This document shows, piece by piece, positions 41,434 to 57,348 of a stretch of DNA of 64,000 nt. Position numbers and translations under genes: made by a program. Source of the DNA: Octopus vulgaris (Eukaryota). The DNA lies in assembly GCA_951406725.2 (NCBI GenBank), contig OX597826.1:49724001-49788000 (forward strand), read 5' to 3'. Within the stretch, counting starts at the first letter, position 1, and each line of letters begins with the position of its first letter. The notes beneath the pieces were generated by a model. It was not told the DNA's origin. It did no database searches and saw only the letters and a program-made list of their open reading frames with translations.

Positions 41434-41803
41434 CAGGGCCGGATTAAGACATATAGAGGCCCTAAGCACTTAAAAATATTTTGGTGACCCCATATATATG
41501 TAATTCAAAGTATATGCTATAGTAAACCATAAAATAAAATTTTATTTTTCAAAATTAAACAAAACTAACAGGAAAATGAAAAATATTATTTACTTTTGTA
41601 TACTTGCTCTCTTTACTCTTTTTTACTCTTTTTACTTGTTTCAGTCATTTGACTGCGGCCATGCTGGAGCACCGCCTTTAGTCGAGCAAATCGACCCCGG
41701 GACTTATTCTATAGGTCTCTTTTGCCGAACCGCTAAGTGACGGGGACGTAAACACACCAGCATCGGTTGTCAAGCAATGCTAGGGGGACAAACACACACA
41801 CAA

Positions 41804-41896
<93 letters not shown>

Positions 41897-42510
41897 TACG
41901 ACAGGCTTCTTTCAGTTTCAGGCTACCAAATCCACTCACAAGGCATTGGTCGGTCCGGGGCTATAGCAGAAGACACTTGCCCAAGATGCCACGCAGTGGG
42001 ACTGTACCGGAACCATGTGGTTGGTAAGCTAGCTACTTACCACACAGCCACTCCTGCGCCTATATTCATATTTGAAAACTTTTCTCCAACTTCTTTTTAA
42101 TTACAAAGTCTTTGATCAGATCCTCACTGTGACACTATGAACAATTAGAAATTATACTTCCAATAATATAAACTAGTTTTAATATTATTTTAACAAATTT
42201 AAAGTCATTCCTTTTGTGCTGTAAACCATCCCTTTTGTGCCCCACTTCCTTTGATTCCCTAAGCACATACTTATGTTGCTTAAAGGTTAATCCATCGCTG
42301 GGTTCAAACTTCTCAGGACTCACAATACTCACATTTCTATGCACAATCCTTTCTTCACGGAATATCGGCCCTCTGAAATCCCATTACTGTTTATTGGTTT
42401 CCCGCATGAGTTGACTTTAAAAAGGCTCAAGAGAATATTAAAGGCATCAATCTCACCGGTTGTCTCGGAGAGGTTGTGATGATCATGACCACGGCCCCTA
42501 CATCCAGACC
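41434..42510. mobile_element. Possible hAT-derived element interrupted by SINE A
   Basis: CAGGGCCGGATTAAG terminus; weak opposite end near 42500. Confidence 0.35.
41607..42061 (-). mobile_element. SINE family A
   Basis: Highly similar to 157-550 with longer internal (TA)n. Confidence 0.9.
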
Positions 42511-43593
42511 AAGCTAGTTAAAAAAAAATAAGTAGAAATCCATTCCAGCAATTCTAACGAAATAGTTCTACATTGTCAACCTGAACTGCTGTGTCGGTGG
42601 TTTAAAGACTTGCAAACAGTTTGCATATGTAAGTGCTGCTAATCGAAAGCTCCAAATACTGAACGTCGATAAGTTTCAGGGGTCATCAGGTGAGATCCAT
42701 GGTGAGGTCATCTCGACGACTTTACAACGCTCAAGCCCTATCTCACTGAAGTGTGGCCCCACCTACTAGATCAACTGACAAGTATTTAATCATTGACATT
42801 CGATCTTAAGTCTTTCATCTCGTGATCATGAGCACCATTCAAATTATGGAGTCATGCAGATCTGACTTGCCATACAGTCAAACAAATACCTGCCTCACAC
42901 CTTTACATTACTTTTCTAACCATATTTCATCATCCTTTGGTTGTTGACAGATATATATTTTTTTTTCTCTGAAGAGCACAAACTGGAAACGATAGAATTT
43001 CGTCCCGTTTGACTAGTTTAACACCATAAAATATTGGTAGATTGTAAGACCTAGCTATTAAATAAATATTGATTTGTTAATTTCCACATGGCCACAAGAT
43101 TGTCAGTATAAGTCATTAAATCTAAATTAGCATACGACTAGTATATATTTTATCGGTTACTAAAGAACGAATAGCAAAATAAAATCTGTTGAAAATTAAA
43201 AGCAAAACGTAGAAGATCGGAACAAACATTTGCTAACTCTCTATTCTTGGGTTATTTCCTCTTCCACCAACTTTCTCCTACCTTCTCTCTCTCTCTTTTT
43301 CTCTCTCCCTCCCCTTACTCTCCGTCTCCCACCCACATACTATTAAATTATTGATGCTTCAGCCAATAGACATGTCTTTCTTATCAAAGCCCAGCTCGAA
43401 ATATTTGGACAAATTTGACAAACATACCTTTCACGGTGATATTTAGACCGCACACCTGGCTCAAATATATAAATTATTATGCCAGTATTTTTAAATATTC
43501 TGTAACAGATATATATATATATATAAAATTAAATAAGGGTGGCCTAGCATAAAAAATCCGAAGATTAAAAATTTTTTTACATACAAAATTTTG

Positions 43594-43686
<93 letters not shown>

Positions 43687-44123
43687 ATATGTATGTATGT
43701 ATGTATGTATGTGTGTATGTATGTATGTATGTATGTATTATGTATGTCTGTATGTATGTGTGTGTATAATTTGGGAAAACAAATTTCCAAATCAATCAGG
43801 TGTAACTCTACAGCATTATATGCATCTACATATCGTACTTTGGGATCTTATTTATCGTATATTTATATATTTATCTATAAATATACAAAGTATCTGATAA
43901 AAGTCAATATTCAATTTTGGGGGATTAATCGATATGCGGGTATTCTATTTCAGATAATGCAAAAATTATCTAATGAGTATATCTTACAGTAAACTCATGG
44001 TACCAGTTTGCACATTACGAAATAGTACTTAAAGGATATAACTAATATTTCCAGATGGGTATATAATGTACTTCATTATTTATATCATACTTTAGTTAAT
44101 ACTTATATTTATTAAATATGAAG

Positions 44124-44257
44124 GAACTACACGTGTTTCAATATTGGAAGATTACAATATATATACATATACACGACTGTATACCCATATATATACATAT
44201 ATAAATACATATATGCAATCGTCAGATTTACAATTATTCCAACACATCTTCAGGTTC
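44124..44257 (-). ncRNA. Type I hammerhead ribozyme with extended stem II (predicted)
   Basis: Minus strand GAAC-CUGAAGA-UGUGUUGGAA...UUCCAAUAUU-GAAA-CACGUG-UA-GUUC. Confidence 0.7.
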
Positions 44258-44261
44258 TATT

Positions 44262-45064
44262 TCAAAATATTATATAACTAATTTTACATCCCTTTAAAAA
44301 TAAGCAATACAAGTAAGCATTAAAGATTAAAAATTACGAATTAAAAATTAAGAATAAAAATTATACTTTGTAATATAAAGAATTAAAATTTATAAATTAT
44401 GCATTATAAATATGAATTAGTGTATATATCAATCATGTAAAATCAAGTATATGCCAAATACAGAATGTGGGATATAAGATTAAACATTAGAATAAAAATG
44501 TCTGTGTTTAAAGGTGATATATAACAAGAAAAATTCAAATACATATCTTCCATTTTTCTTCTTTTTTTTTGCTGGTACTAAAATGGTGATTTGAGGAAGA
44601 AGATAGTAGGGAACTATGGGTATTTATAGGTGATTAGTATCAAGGGGGGTAATTACACTATACATGGTTTTGATTTTAAATTACCCGCTATTATTATTTT
44701 CAAATTTACTTATATTGGGAGGTATATCAAATTTGTTATATAATTTTAGTAATATCTAATTCATATATTTATTTTATTTTAATTATTGCATTATTTATTT
44801 TTTATATAGTCTATTCAAGTGATTTAAAAATAAAATTATGTGGTTAATTATGCGGTATTTGACATATACTTGATTTTACATGATTGATATATATATACTA
44901 ATTCATATGTATAATGCATAATTTATAAATTATAAATTTGTAATTCTTAATATTACAAAGTATAATTTTTATTCTTAATTTTTAATTCATAATTTTTAAT
45001 CTTTAATGCTTAATTGTATTGCTTATTTTTAAAGGGATGTAAAATTAGATATGTAATATTTTGA
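44262..45064. repeat. ~200-bp AT-rich inverted repeat (44262-44461 / 44855-45064)
   Basis: CTAATTTTACATCCCTTTAAAAATAAGCAATACAA matches the reverse complement at ~45015-45050, colinear over the arm. Confidence 0.9.
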
Positions 45065-45069
45065 TAAAC

Positions 45070-45692
45070 GCAGATACGGTAGAACATTAAACAATAGCGT
45101 CTTTCCATCCCAGATCGAATGGAGAGGCAGAGCTTTTTGTGGAGACTTTTAAAAGAGCATTGAGAAAAGCAAACATGGAAACCACAGGCTAAGTTGCTCT
45201 GCAGCAATTCCGAACCCCGATACACCAGCAGGAAGCTCACCAGCTGAACTGATGTTTGTGAGGAAGGTGAAATTAGTTTCTGGTAATCTGTTACCTGGCT
45301 AGAAATGAAAAAGTACCAGGAAAGACAACCCAAAAATTTTTCAAAATTAGTGATAAGGTGTACATGAGGTCGTATAAAAACGGAAAACAATACTGGGGAG
45401 AAGGAAAAGCCACAAAGTACATAGGGAAAATGATGTACGGAATTAAAAGCAGAAAACGTATTGAAAAAGGACACAGAAACCAATTGAAGAAGAGATTCAT
45501 AGAAAATGAACCAGATTGGAAGAACCTATGGAATGGCTGTATGACACATTCCAGGTACCAACACCGTTACAAGTAGTTGTACTCACGCATACAAGTGGAA
45601 GAAAAAGGAAGAACACAGAGTTCCTACAAATAGACGCCAAAAAGAAAAAAAGTACTAAGTTGAGGAAAAAACGCTAAAAAGGGAAGAAGGGT
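45070..45692 (+). pseudogene. Gypsy-type LTR retrotransposon integrase C-terminal remnant
   Basis: FHPRSNGEAELFVETFKRAL, GSSPAELMF, DKVYMRSY..W..G..HRNQLKKRF, polypurine run AAAAAGGGAAGAAGGG then TG. Confidence 0.8.
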
Positions 45693-45962
45693 GAATAAAG
45701 TAAAATAAATTTTTTAAACTTCTACTGAACAGGACCGTGTGTGTGTGCGAATGCATATGCATGTATATATATATATATATATATGTATATAATTCAAAAC
45801 AGTTTGATTCGGATTCGGATTATTGCCAACCTAACGAGAAAGGCTCCGTTAGGGCCTTCGAAACTTGAAGTGTCATGGAATCCGAACCAAACCATTTTGG
45901 ATAATATATGTAACACCCAATAAATGTGTTGGGTGCCCTATCTTTCGTTTGTTCGCTCACTT

Positions 45963-46019
<57 letters not shown>

Positions 46020-47050
46020 TATATATGGGAGGGAACTGTTGCTAATTACATTCGGCTATCCTTTTGATTGCATCCTTCTGAGGATGGGCTTTTGCACTTG
46101 GAGTATATAAAGATTTTTCAACTTTCCTCTCTGCATTGTTAGAAGCATTCCTAAATTTCCCTTATTTGTTTCTAATATATATATATATATATATGAGTAT
46201 TTATGTGTGAGTGTGTGTTAGTATGTGTATGTGTGTACTTGTGTGTGTGTGTGCTTGCGTGTTTGCGCGCACATATCCTGCGGGGGACCTTTATTTTTCC
46301 CACGCATCTCTACACACGAACCCTATGTGAAGACATTCTTTGCTTTCTTTATTGTTAATAACGTTATTATAATATATATCGACCCCTTGATCCATTTATT
46401 TTTTGCCAAGATTATGAATAAGGGTTTGCTGAACAATTGTCTCTATCCAGCTACAGTTATCTCGTTTATCCTTCAACCCAACCCCGCAAAACCAAACCGA
46501 TTTTAAACCCTTACATTAGACTTCTATTCCGCCACACGTTTTATGGCGTTCCAGCACCTCTGAGAAGTTGGACGCTTGTAGTTTCCCATAGTTGAAGGAT
46601 ATATAAAAGACAGCATGACAGCATGTAGTCACTAGGGGGTTAAAAGTCTTGTTTCACTACTCAAATATATTAAAAATTGTACGAGATTGTACAAGATTGT
46701 ACAACGGGGCGCTTCAAACAAGACAGCGATTACTATTTCGTGGACAGCGAGATAACTGGAATGTTTTATATTTCTATAGATATAGTAGGGGTGCCCTAAA
46801 TTATTTTGGAAATAATTCTGCTATTTTTTAAATATGTTTTTCAAAATTCTTTGTGTGTAGCTATTTGTAATGGACAGTAAGTATATGTATGTGTTTATGT
46901 ATGTGTATATATACGCGCACGCACGCACACACACACGTGTGTATATATGTGTGTATGATTTCTGAGAAAGATGTAATCGATGCAATCTAAAAGTTCACTT
47001 CCTTCTATCTTTTCTACTCCGCTCCTTTCTCTCTCTTTCTCTTTCTCTCC

Positions 47051-47100
<50 letters not shown>

Positions 47101-47101
47101 G

Positions 47102-47134
<33 letters not shown>

Positions 47135-47299
47135 GCACATATACACACATATACATAGGATAAACATGTATATTTTTAAATATATATGTATACGTTTATG
47201 TGTATATAGATATTTACGTATGTAAGATATATATATATATACAAAAAAAGGGTGGGTAACTAGAAGATGTGGGAGGGAAGGAGTAAGGAAATAATAATG

Positions 47300-47345
<46 letters not shown>

Positions 47346-47960
47346 TGATGATGATGATGATGATGATAATCCTTTTTAATAAGGCACAAGTCCTGGAATT
47401 TGAGGGGAGAAGACTAGTGAATTATATAGACCCCAGTGTTCAAGTGGTACTTATTTTATCGACCCCGAGATGACCTGCAAAGTCGACCCCGGTAGAATTT
47501 GAACTCAGAACATTAAGACTGACGAAATGCCGTAGAAATCTGCCTGAAACTATTAAGTGTTAAATAACAATAATAATAATAACACACACACACGCACACG
47601 CACACACACACGCACACGCACACACACACACATATATATATATATGTATGTATATATATTAATAACAAATTCTTTTCACAGATTATACTGTTCCTGATTT
47701 TTCTTTCTAGTGCAATCAAGTTTCACTTTCTTGTAATTGTTGCCAAAATTCTGTTCTTTCGTGAAATGAGATTGTATACACAAACACAAACACACGGATT
47801 CTCCCACAAGCATACTCATGCAAATACACGTCCCCATACATACATACATACATACATACATACATACATACATACATAAATACATAAATACATACATACA
47901 TACATACATACATACATACATACATACATACATAAATACATACATACATACATACATACA

Positions 47961-47993
<33 letters not shown>

Positions 47994-48216
47994 CTTTTAA
48001 ATTTGTTTCCGAGAAACGTTTTGAATAAAGCTCTAATTCCATTATGCCAGCCACTAGTGAGCCAGTCGGGGTTGCATCAATTTATACCAATATAATTTAG
48101 AATAAATATAATAAGAATAGCAATAATCCTCGGATGGAATTTATAAACATTTAATTAAATCTTTATAAATTCTATTCTAGGATTATTGTCATATATACAA
48201 TATATATATATATTGA

Positions 48217-48884
<668 letters not shown>

Positions 48885-49190
48885 TCCTATATATTCCTCA
48901 CTTCTGTGTGACGTAAACATGACTGTGTGGTTAGAAGCATGCTTCTCAATCACATAGCTCCGGGTTCAGTCCTAATGCATGGCACCCGAGGAAAGTGACT
49001 TCTGCTATAACCGCGAGCCTTATAAGTGGATTTGCTAGGTGGAAATATATATGTGTTTTCGTTTTGCCTACAGCTTCGGTTGACAACCAGTGTTGATTTG
49101 TTTACGGTTGCGTAACTTAGCGGTTCGACACATAGAAACCGATATAATATGCTCCAGGTTTAAAAGTGAATACTAGGGTCAACTTACAAT

Positions 49191-50073
49191 ATTTTGGCGA
49201 ATGTTTTTTTGCACTACGTTAAAAAGAAAAAAAAAATTGGAAATCGGTGGTCACCATTACAATCTCAACTTCCTTGATTTTCAAACAGAAAAATGAAACG
49301 TAATTTAAAAACAATGAAGTTGATTTTAATTTTTTCATTAACCCCACCACTCTTGTGAATCCTATACTTCCGGCTTTTTTTCGAAATTTTTAAAATCATA
49401 GTTTTAGAATACGAACAGACCGAATCTACAATTTGTTGCTGTTTATAATTTCAAAATAATTTTCAGACGGAAAGGTGTGTGATTTAAGGGATATTTAACT
49501 GCTGTTTCTAGCACATCCCACGAACACCTGTCACTCGTTTCTTTGTCACAATGAATTGATGTTTTTAAATATTTTACCCTATAAACACAATCACATGGAA
49601 TGACAATTAAATTTTTAATCACCACCCTGCACCAAGCGAGTCCGTATGTGTGCATAGATATATGAGGACAAATATCCGTCGAATGTAAATAATGTAAATA
49701 ATGTATATAATTCCTCATCTTTTAAATATAGAACTGTAGGGTCAACTTGTTTGACTAAGCCTTTCAGGATGGTGCCCAAGCATGGCCGCAGACCAATGAT
49801 GTATATATATATATGTGTGTGTGTGTGTGTATGTATACATATATGTACATACACACACGCACACTATATAAATACGTCTTCGAGAAAAATGAATTTTGAT
49901 TTTCGAAATCTGCGTCCCAAGGACAAGATCGCCCGTAAATAATAATAAAAAATATAATTTGCTGCAAGAAGTAACTCAACTTTTAGATCGACAACTCTCC
50001 CACTCTCTATTAATCGCCATCAATTTATCTCTCTCTATCTCACTATCATTCCTTCTCTATCTCTCACTCTATA

Positions 50074-50104
<31 letters not shown>

Positions 50105-50689
50105 CTCTCTCTCCCTTTCTCTTTATGTATGTATTATTTTTCACACATTGTTTTCATTTTGTTTAAAACTTCCTCTTCTAATGTTTACTTCCATTTTATC
50201 ACAGCAATTGCGCACAAACCCTGTTTTCTGATCGGGTAAAAATGATCAAACTTTAAACTTCTAGAAATTTTTTCTAAAATCTTCTCGAGAATAAATAAAT
50301 CACAAACTCGGATTCAGCATGTAAAAGTACATCAATATATCAAATTTGAAAATTTTCAAGATCTGTGACAGCAACAGAAAAGATCATGCTGACTATCTCT
50401 TTCAGTCTTGACTTTTCTTATGATAAACTTTTCCCCTCTCTATACATTTTTATCACATTCTCATTCATTTTCTGTAAAAGTATATAGTTTACATTGTGTG
50501 TGTGTGTGTGTGTATGTGTGTGTGTGTGTGTTTGTCAGTGCGTGTGCGTGAGGAATTTCATTAGGACAACAGAGTGACTTTAAAAAGATATGTTGAAGAT
50601 AAGCGTACTTTTCTGTCAGTAAATGTTTCTTCTTTCGATCGCTCACACAAACACACACACATACAAACACACACACATACACACACACA

Positions 50690-50725
<36 letters not shown>

Positions 50726-51185
50726 CTCGCTTGATGCAGGGTGGTGATTAAAAATTTAATCATCATTCCATATGTGTTTATGGGGGCAAAATATTTAAGA
50801 AACATCAATACATGTCACAAGGAAACCAGTAAGGCAACAGGTATTCGTGGGATGTGCTAGAAACAGCAGTTAAATATTCATTAAAACACATACCTTTTCG
50901 TCTGAACATCATTTTGAAATTATAAACAGCAACAAATTATAGATTCGGCTTGTTCGTATTTGAAAATTATGATTAAAAATTTTTCGAAAAAAGCCGGAAG
51001 TATAGGATTCACGAGAGTGGCGGGATTAATGAAAAAAACAATAACAATTTCATTATTGTTTTTAAATTACTTTTCATTTTCTGTTTGAAAATCAAGGAAG
51101 TTGAGATTGTAATGGTGACCACTGATTTCCAATTCTTTTTACTTTTTATCGTAGGGTAAAAAAAAAAAAAAGCGTTCGCCAAAAT
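49191..51185. repeat. ~455-bp diverged inverted repeat pair (49191-49645 / 50721-51185)
   Basis: For example GGTCACCATTACAATCTCAACTTCCTTGATTTTCAAACAG and its reverse complement; colinear along the arm. Confidence 0.9.
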
Positions 51186-51291
51186 CATTACTGAGTAGGG
51201 GAGGCGGAGTTGAAAAAATTCATAGATATTCGATTTTCTTTTTTTTTTTTTGACATCAAAGGCGTTTCCCATTGTTTTTAAGTGTGTAGTG

Positions 51292-51674
51292 TGGAGGCGC
51301 AATGGCCCAGTGGTTAGGGCAGCGGACTCGCGGTCATAGGATCGCGGTTTCGATTCCCAGACCGGGTGTTGTGAGTGTTTATTGAGCGAAAACACCTAAA
51401 GCTCCACGAGGTTCCGGCAGGGGATGGTGGTGATCCCTGCTGTACTCTTTCACCACAGCTTTCTCTCACTCTTACTTCCTGTTCTGTTGTACCTGTATTT
51501 CAAGGGGCCGGCCTTGTCACTCTCTTTGTCACGCTGAATATCCCCGAGAACTACGTTAAGGGTGCACGTGTCTGTGAAGTGCTCAGCCACTTACACGTTA
51601 ATTTCACGAGCAGGCTGTTCCGTTGATTCGGATCAACCGGAACCCTCATCGTCGTAACCGACGGAGTGCTTCCA
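51292..51674 (+). mobile_element. SINE family C with 14-bp TSD
   Basis: TTAAGTGTGTAGTG at 51278-51291 and 51675-51688. Confidence 0.9.
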
Positions 51675-51952
51675 TTAAGTGTGTAGTGCAAAAAAAAAAA
51701 ACAATAGAAAAGAAAAGAAACGGAAAAAGAAAAAAGGACAAAATCGGAAGAGAGGGGGGATTCATAAAATTTCAAACTTTTCTTCATAGAAAGCTTCCAA
51801 CCATCATGTGCAAAGCTGTGATGAGAAGAAATGTGAAAAATCACAGCCAAAACTTATATCGAACTTATGTGGGTGTGCTCTACAGAAAGTCCGTAAAGGC
51901 ATTCTATTATGAACGACGGTATGCTTAAAGTGTGTGTTTGTGTGTGTGTACA

Positions 51953-53060
51953 CAGGGTGGGGAAGCAAAATTTGGAATATTTTGGCAGCCTTATTTTTCA
52001 TATATATCTGTTTTCTATTTCAGTGTGGAGGTATATAGAGTTAATTTAAGCAGAAGCCCTAGTCATACGATCTGATATATGAACTTAAGAAACCAAGAGA
52101 CAACGCATTGCAGATTTGCTTCGTGCCGGGGTTACAATTAGACGTATTGCTCGGACAGTTGTGGCCTCTGTGAGCACTGTTTTCGACGTTAAGAACCGAA
52201 TGCTGGATATTGGAGGCATCAAGAGAAAGCAAGGAAGTGGAGACATTTTTGCTAAAAAAAAAACGGGATAATGCATTTCTTAAATCTCTCAAAGCCAAAA
52301 TTTCGAAAGACCCAACAACATCCATGAGAAAACTGTCCATGGACAAGAAAATTGATCTAAAGACCATCAGAAATACTGTACATACTGATTTACATTTGGG
52401 ATCATATGTGAGGACCCTGAGACACCTATTGATTCGTGATTCGTGCAATAGAAGCCAAAAGTTATGAAAGGGACAAAAAAGCTTTTGTCAAAATCTTTTC
52501 AGATGAAAATATCTTCATCGTTGATGCTGTTTTAAAACGTCGCAATGATCGATACGAGGGGCGTTCAATAAGTAATGCCCCTGATCAACTTCCCATAGCA
52601 GTAGAGCAACGAAACTTGGCACAGTTATTAGTCTTTTTCTACATAGGAACAACCCAGAGTTACGCATTTCTCCCATCGTTTGATGCAGCTCTGGAGACCG
52701 TTTTCGTAGAAGACCCCAGCTTGGTCCTCCAACCACGACGTGACTTCAGAAATCAAGGCTGCATCATCTGGGAAACGTACATTGTTAGGTTACCTTCTGA
52801 AGTAAAGGGCGTTTTTCGGACCAAGCCTCTATTCAAGTCATGACACTGTGAGTCGTAGCATCTGACGGAAAAAAAGATGCCTCTCCACTTTTTCAAGTAT
52901 GGGGAAAAGGTGGTGGAGGCTGATGTTTATTATAAAGTCCTGCGGTATAAGGTTTGCCTTGGCTGAGGTCTAACTACACCAACGGTAATTATGTGTGGAC
53001 CCAATATGGTTCTGCTCAAACCATAAGAATACTACCGGCTATTTGGAAATTCTATGGGTG
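51953..53060 (+). pseudogene. Tc1/mariner superfamily transposase, maT/DD37D-like, degraded
   Basis: CAGGGTG terminus; KDPTTSMRKL, FSDENIFIVD..RRNDRY, VVASDGKKMP, YYKVLRYK, NYVWTQYGS. Confidence 0.8.
52555..52777 (-). mobile_element. Mariner 3' end fragment nested in the maT-like transposase
   Basis: TIR CGAGGGGCGTTCAATAAGT, TA duplication, minus strand FYENGLQSCIKRWEKCVTLGCSYVEKD*. Confidence 0.8.
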
Positions 53061-53067
53061 AACGAGC

Positions 53068-53160
<93 letters not shown>

Positions 53161-53237
53161 GTATATGCGTATATAAATACATATATGCATACATCTATAC
53201 AGATGCATACATATATAAATAAATAAATATATATATA

Positions 53238-53329
<92 letters not shown>

Positions 53330-53856
53330 TATCTTTTTTCAGATTCTATATCGTTGGCAATAATCTTAACTCTAGATACGGAGATTCACTTTAGTTTTTC
53401 TAAGTTTAAAATTGACAAATGCACTCCTTCTAACTTTTCATTCAGACCTTGTACCCTCTTCCTTTCTCCTGCCTTGTATAACTAACACAGATTAGTGGGT
53501 GTATCATCATCTACGCTAATACCACAACCACCACCATCATCACCATCTTCATCATCATGTCCATCAAGTGGATGAAGTAGAGAAGAAATTCAAAAGGATC
53601 AAAGCCAATAACAAATATTCTTTGCTTCCTTACCTCGTTGATCCTATCTAAAATATTTCCTCTTCCCTATTTATTATTATAATTATTAGTATTATTATTA
53701 TTATTATTATTACTATTATTGTTGTTGTTGCTGTTGTTGTTGTTACTATTACTATTATTATTATTATCATTATCAATTATTTTTTTCAGTTATCTCCATG
53801 TAATATTTGATATGGTGCACGCAAACACCTGCAACAGGGCGTGGATGTGTGTGTGT

Positions 53857-53898
<42 letters not shown>

Positions 53899-53992
53899 AT
53901 GGGTTAGATGCTGTCTGCAACAGACTTCGTGTGAACATGTGCAGGCTGGCATGTGCATGTGAAATCGTTCGGTGTATATATATATATATACG

Positions 53993-54086
<94 letters not shown>

Positions 54087-54372
54087 TATCTATATTATAT
54101 AATGTGCTTGTATATACGTATGTAAATCAGCCTCTAAATCTTGGTGTCTATCTGCAGGATCATAACGCCTACAAATCTACAAGGCACTGAGAATGCCTAC
54201 TGAGTTATCTCTCCAACCCCATCTGCCTCGCTCCCTCTCCCTCTCTCTCTCTCTTTCTTTCTTCATTTCTTCCTTTCTTTCTTTCTCCATGTGTGTGTAT
54301 ATGTATGTACTAATGTTTCTCTATCCATCTCCTCACCGCACTCTCTATCACACTTATACACACCACAACAAC

Positions 54373-54438
<66 letters not shown>

Positions 54439-54550
54439 AGGGAAAGAGGCTCACAAAGATAGAGGCGGTAAGAAAAAAATACTAAATATACGTTTATAAG
54501 GCAAATATTTTCATGTGTATACATACGTACATATATATAAATATTAATAT

Positions 54551-54624
<74 letters not shown>

Positions 54625-55026
54625 CATTTATATATATACATTTATATATATACATTTATATATATATATGTATTGAGAAAGGCAGACAGAGACAGGATTA
54701 CGCCTACACACACACACATACGCAAAACCATGCAGTGTTGGTACATTTGTTATGAAATTCACCACCGTCAACTTAGATTTTTTTAAGACACTAAAAGTTT
54801 AAGTTTTTTACCAGTTCATATATATTCTTATCTCTCTCATTCTTTTTTTTATCTCAGTGCCAATGTATAACCACGGCACAGTACAATATATATGTGTGTG
54901 TGTGTGTGTGTGCGTGTGCGTTTGTGTGTGTGTGTATAAATATATATAATGTGTGTATATGTATGTACATGTATATATATATATATGTATGTGTGTGTGT
55001 ATGTGTGTATGCGTGTGTATGTATAT

Positions 55027-55059
<33 letters not shown>

Positions 55060-55066
55060 CGTATTT

Positions 55067-55226
55067 AGGAGTAGCTATGTGTTAAGAAGCTTCCTTCCCA
55101 ATCATATGGTTTCGGATTTAGTCCCACTGCGTGGCAATTTGGGCAAGTGTCTTCTACTATAGTCTCGGGCCGACCAAAGACTTGTGAGTGGATTTGGTGG
55201 ACGGAAACTGAAAGAAGCCCAACGTA
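55067..55226 (+). mobile_element. SINE family A 5' half
   Basis: AGGAGTAGCTATGTG..AGTCCCACTGCGTGGC..GGAAACTGAAAGAAGCCC. Confidence 0.8.
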
Positions 55227-55227
55227 T

Positions 55228-55690
<463 letters not shown>

Positions 55691-55704
55691 TATAAATTTT
55701 TATT

Positions 55705-55754
<50 letters not shown>

Positions 55755-55759
<5 letters not shown>

Positions 55760-56272
55760 TGTCAAGTGATGGTGGGAGGACAAACACAGACACACGAACA
55801 TTTATTTATACACACACACATGCACACACACACACACATTTTTATATATATATATATCAAAATAAGCACCCCATTTTGAATTATATGGATATTACCATAC
55901 TAAATTCTGGTACATTTAACTTAAGTACCATATTCAACTGAATCTAAATTTTACTGAACTTATATATATATATGTATGTATATATACATATATATATGTA
56001 TATATACATACTTATATATATGTATGTATATATACATATATATATATATATGTATGTATATATACATACTTATATATATATATATGTATTGATATATACA
56101 TATATATATATATATACGACGGGCCTCTTTCAGTTTCCGCCTACCAAATCCACTCACAGGGCTTTTGTCGGCTCGAAGCTATAACAGAAGACATTGGCTC
56201 AAGGTGCAACGTAGAGGGACTGAACCTGGAACCATGTGGTTGGTAAGGAAGCTACTTACTACAAAGCCACTT
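55755..56272 (-). mobile_element. SINE family A, interrupted and degenerate
   Basis: TCGGTTGTCAAG at 55755; head region 56115-56272. Confidence 0.7.
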
Positions 56273-56679
56273 CTGTTGTATATACATATTTATGCATATC
56301 TATATCTATACGTGTATGTGTGCGTGCGTATTTGTGCGCATACGTGTTTGTGTGTGTGCGTGTGCATGTATGTGTTTGCGTGTGCGCATATACACTTGTA
56401 TATGTCTGGTAATACGCCAGATGTCTGTTAACAATCATTGCTCAACAACTATATCATGCATATTTTATCATACTATATGATTCTGTATCATATATCAATG
56501 ATATCTATGATAGCTGATAGATATCCTGCTGCAATACTGGAAAATATTGTTAGACAACACTTATATTGTAGAGTTCTATGATGTTAAATTTCTATGATTG
56601 CAATAAAATAGATCGCATTACTTATCACCAGACAATACTGCAAAATGAACCTGATATATACATATATATATACATACAT

Positions 56680-56739
<60 letters not shown>

Positions 56740-56961
56740 TTTATTTTAAGCAGCAGAAAATTCAACAAAATCTATACATACATAAATACATACATACATA
56801 CATACTTGTACATACATGAATACATGTACACACGCATATATATATATGTGTATGAATATTTACATATAGCTAGAAATACGTAGATGTACGTATATGTATA
56901 GACGTATGTGTGTGTATGTATGTGTATGTGAGAGTGTGTGGGTGCGTGCGTGAGTGAGTGT

Positions 56962-57082
<121 letters not shown>

Positions 57083-57348
57083 GTCAGTTTGTTTCACTAA
57101 ATCCTTCATGATGATGCCCTAACATGGCTGCAGTCCAGTGATTGAAGCAAGTAAATGATGAGAGATATGATATGAGTGTACGGCATGCTAGAGCCCAGAG
57201 CAGACCAATAGCTCTGATTTCTAGCAATGTATGTGTTCTAACACCCTATTCATATTTAGTAAAAATTATAGTTTTCTTTTTTGTTAAAACATTACACACG
57301 GATGTCTATATATACAAAACATTACACACGCTGCCTATGTGTGTGTGT

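Noticed and set aside
43770-45064. Possible mitochondrial insertion (very AT-rich)
   Set aside because: No recognisable mitochondrial gene or tRNA; better explained by the HHR and inverted repeat element
46260-46590. Minus-strand MGNYKRPTSQRCWNAIKRV resembling a pogo/CENP-B N-terminus
   Set aside because: Too short and degraded to support
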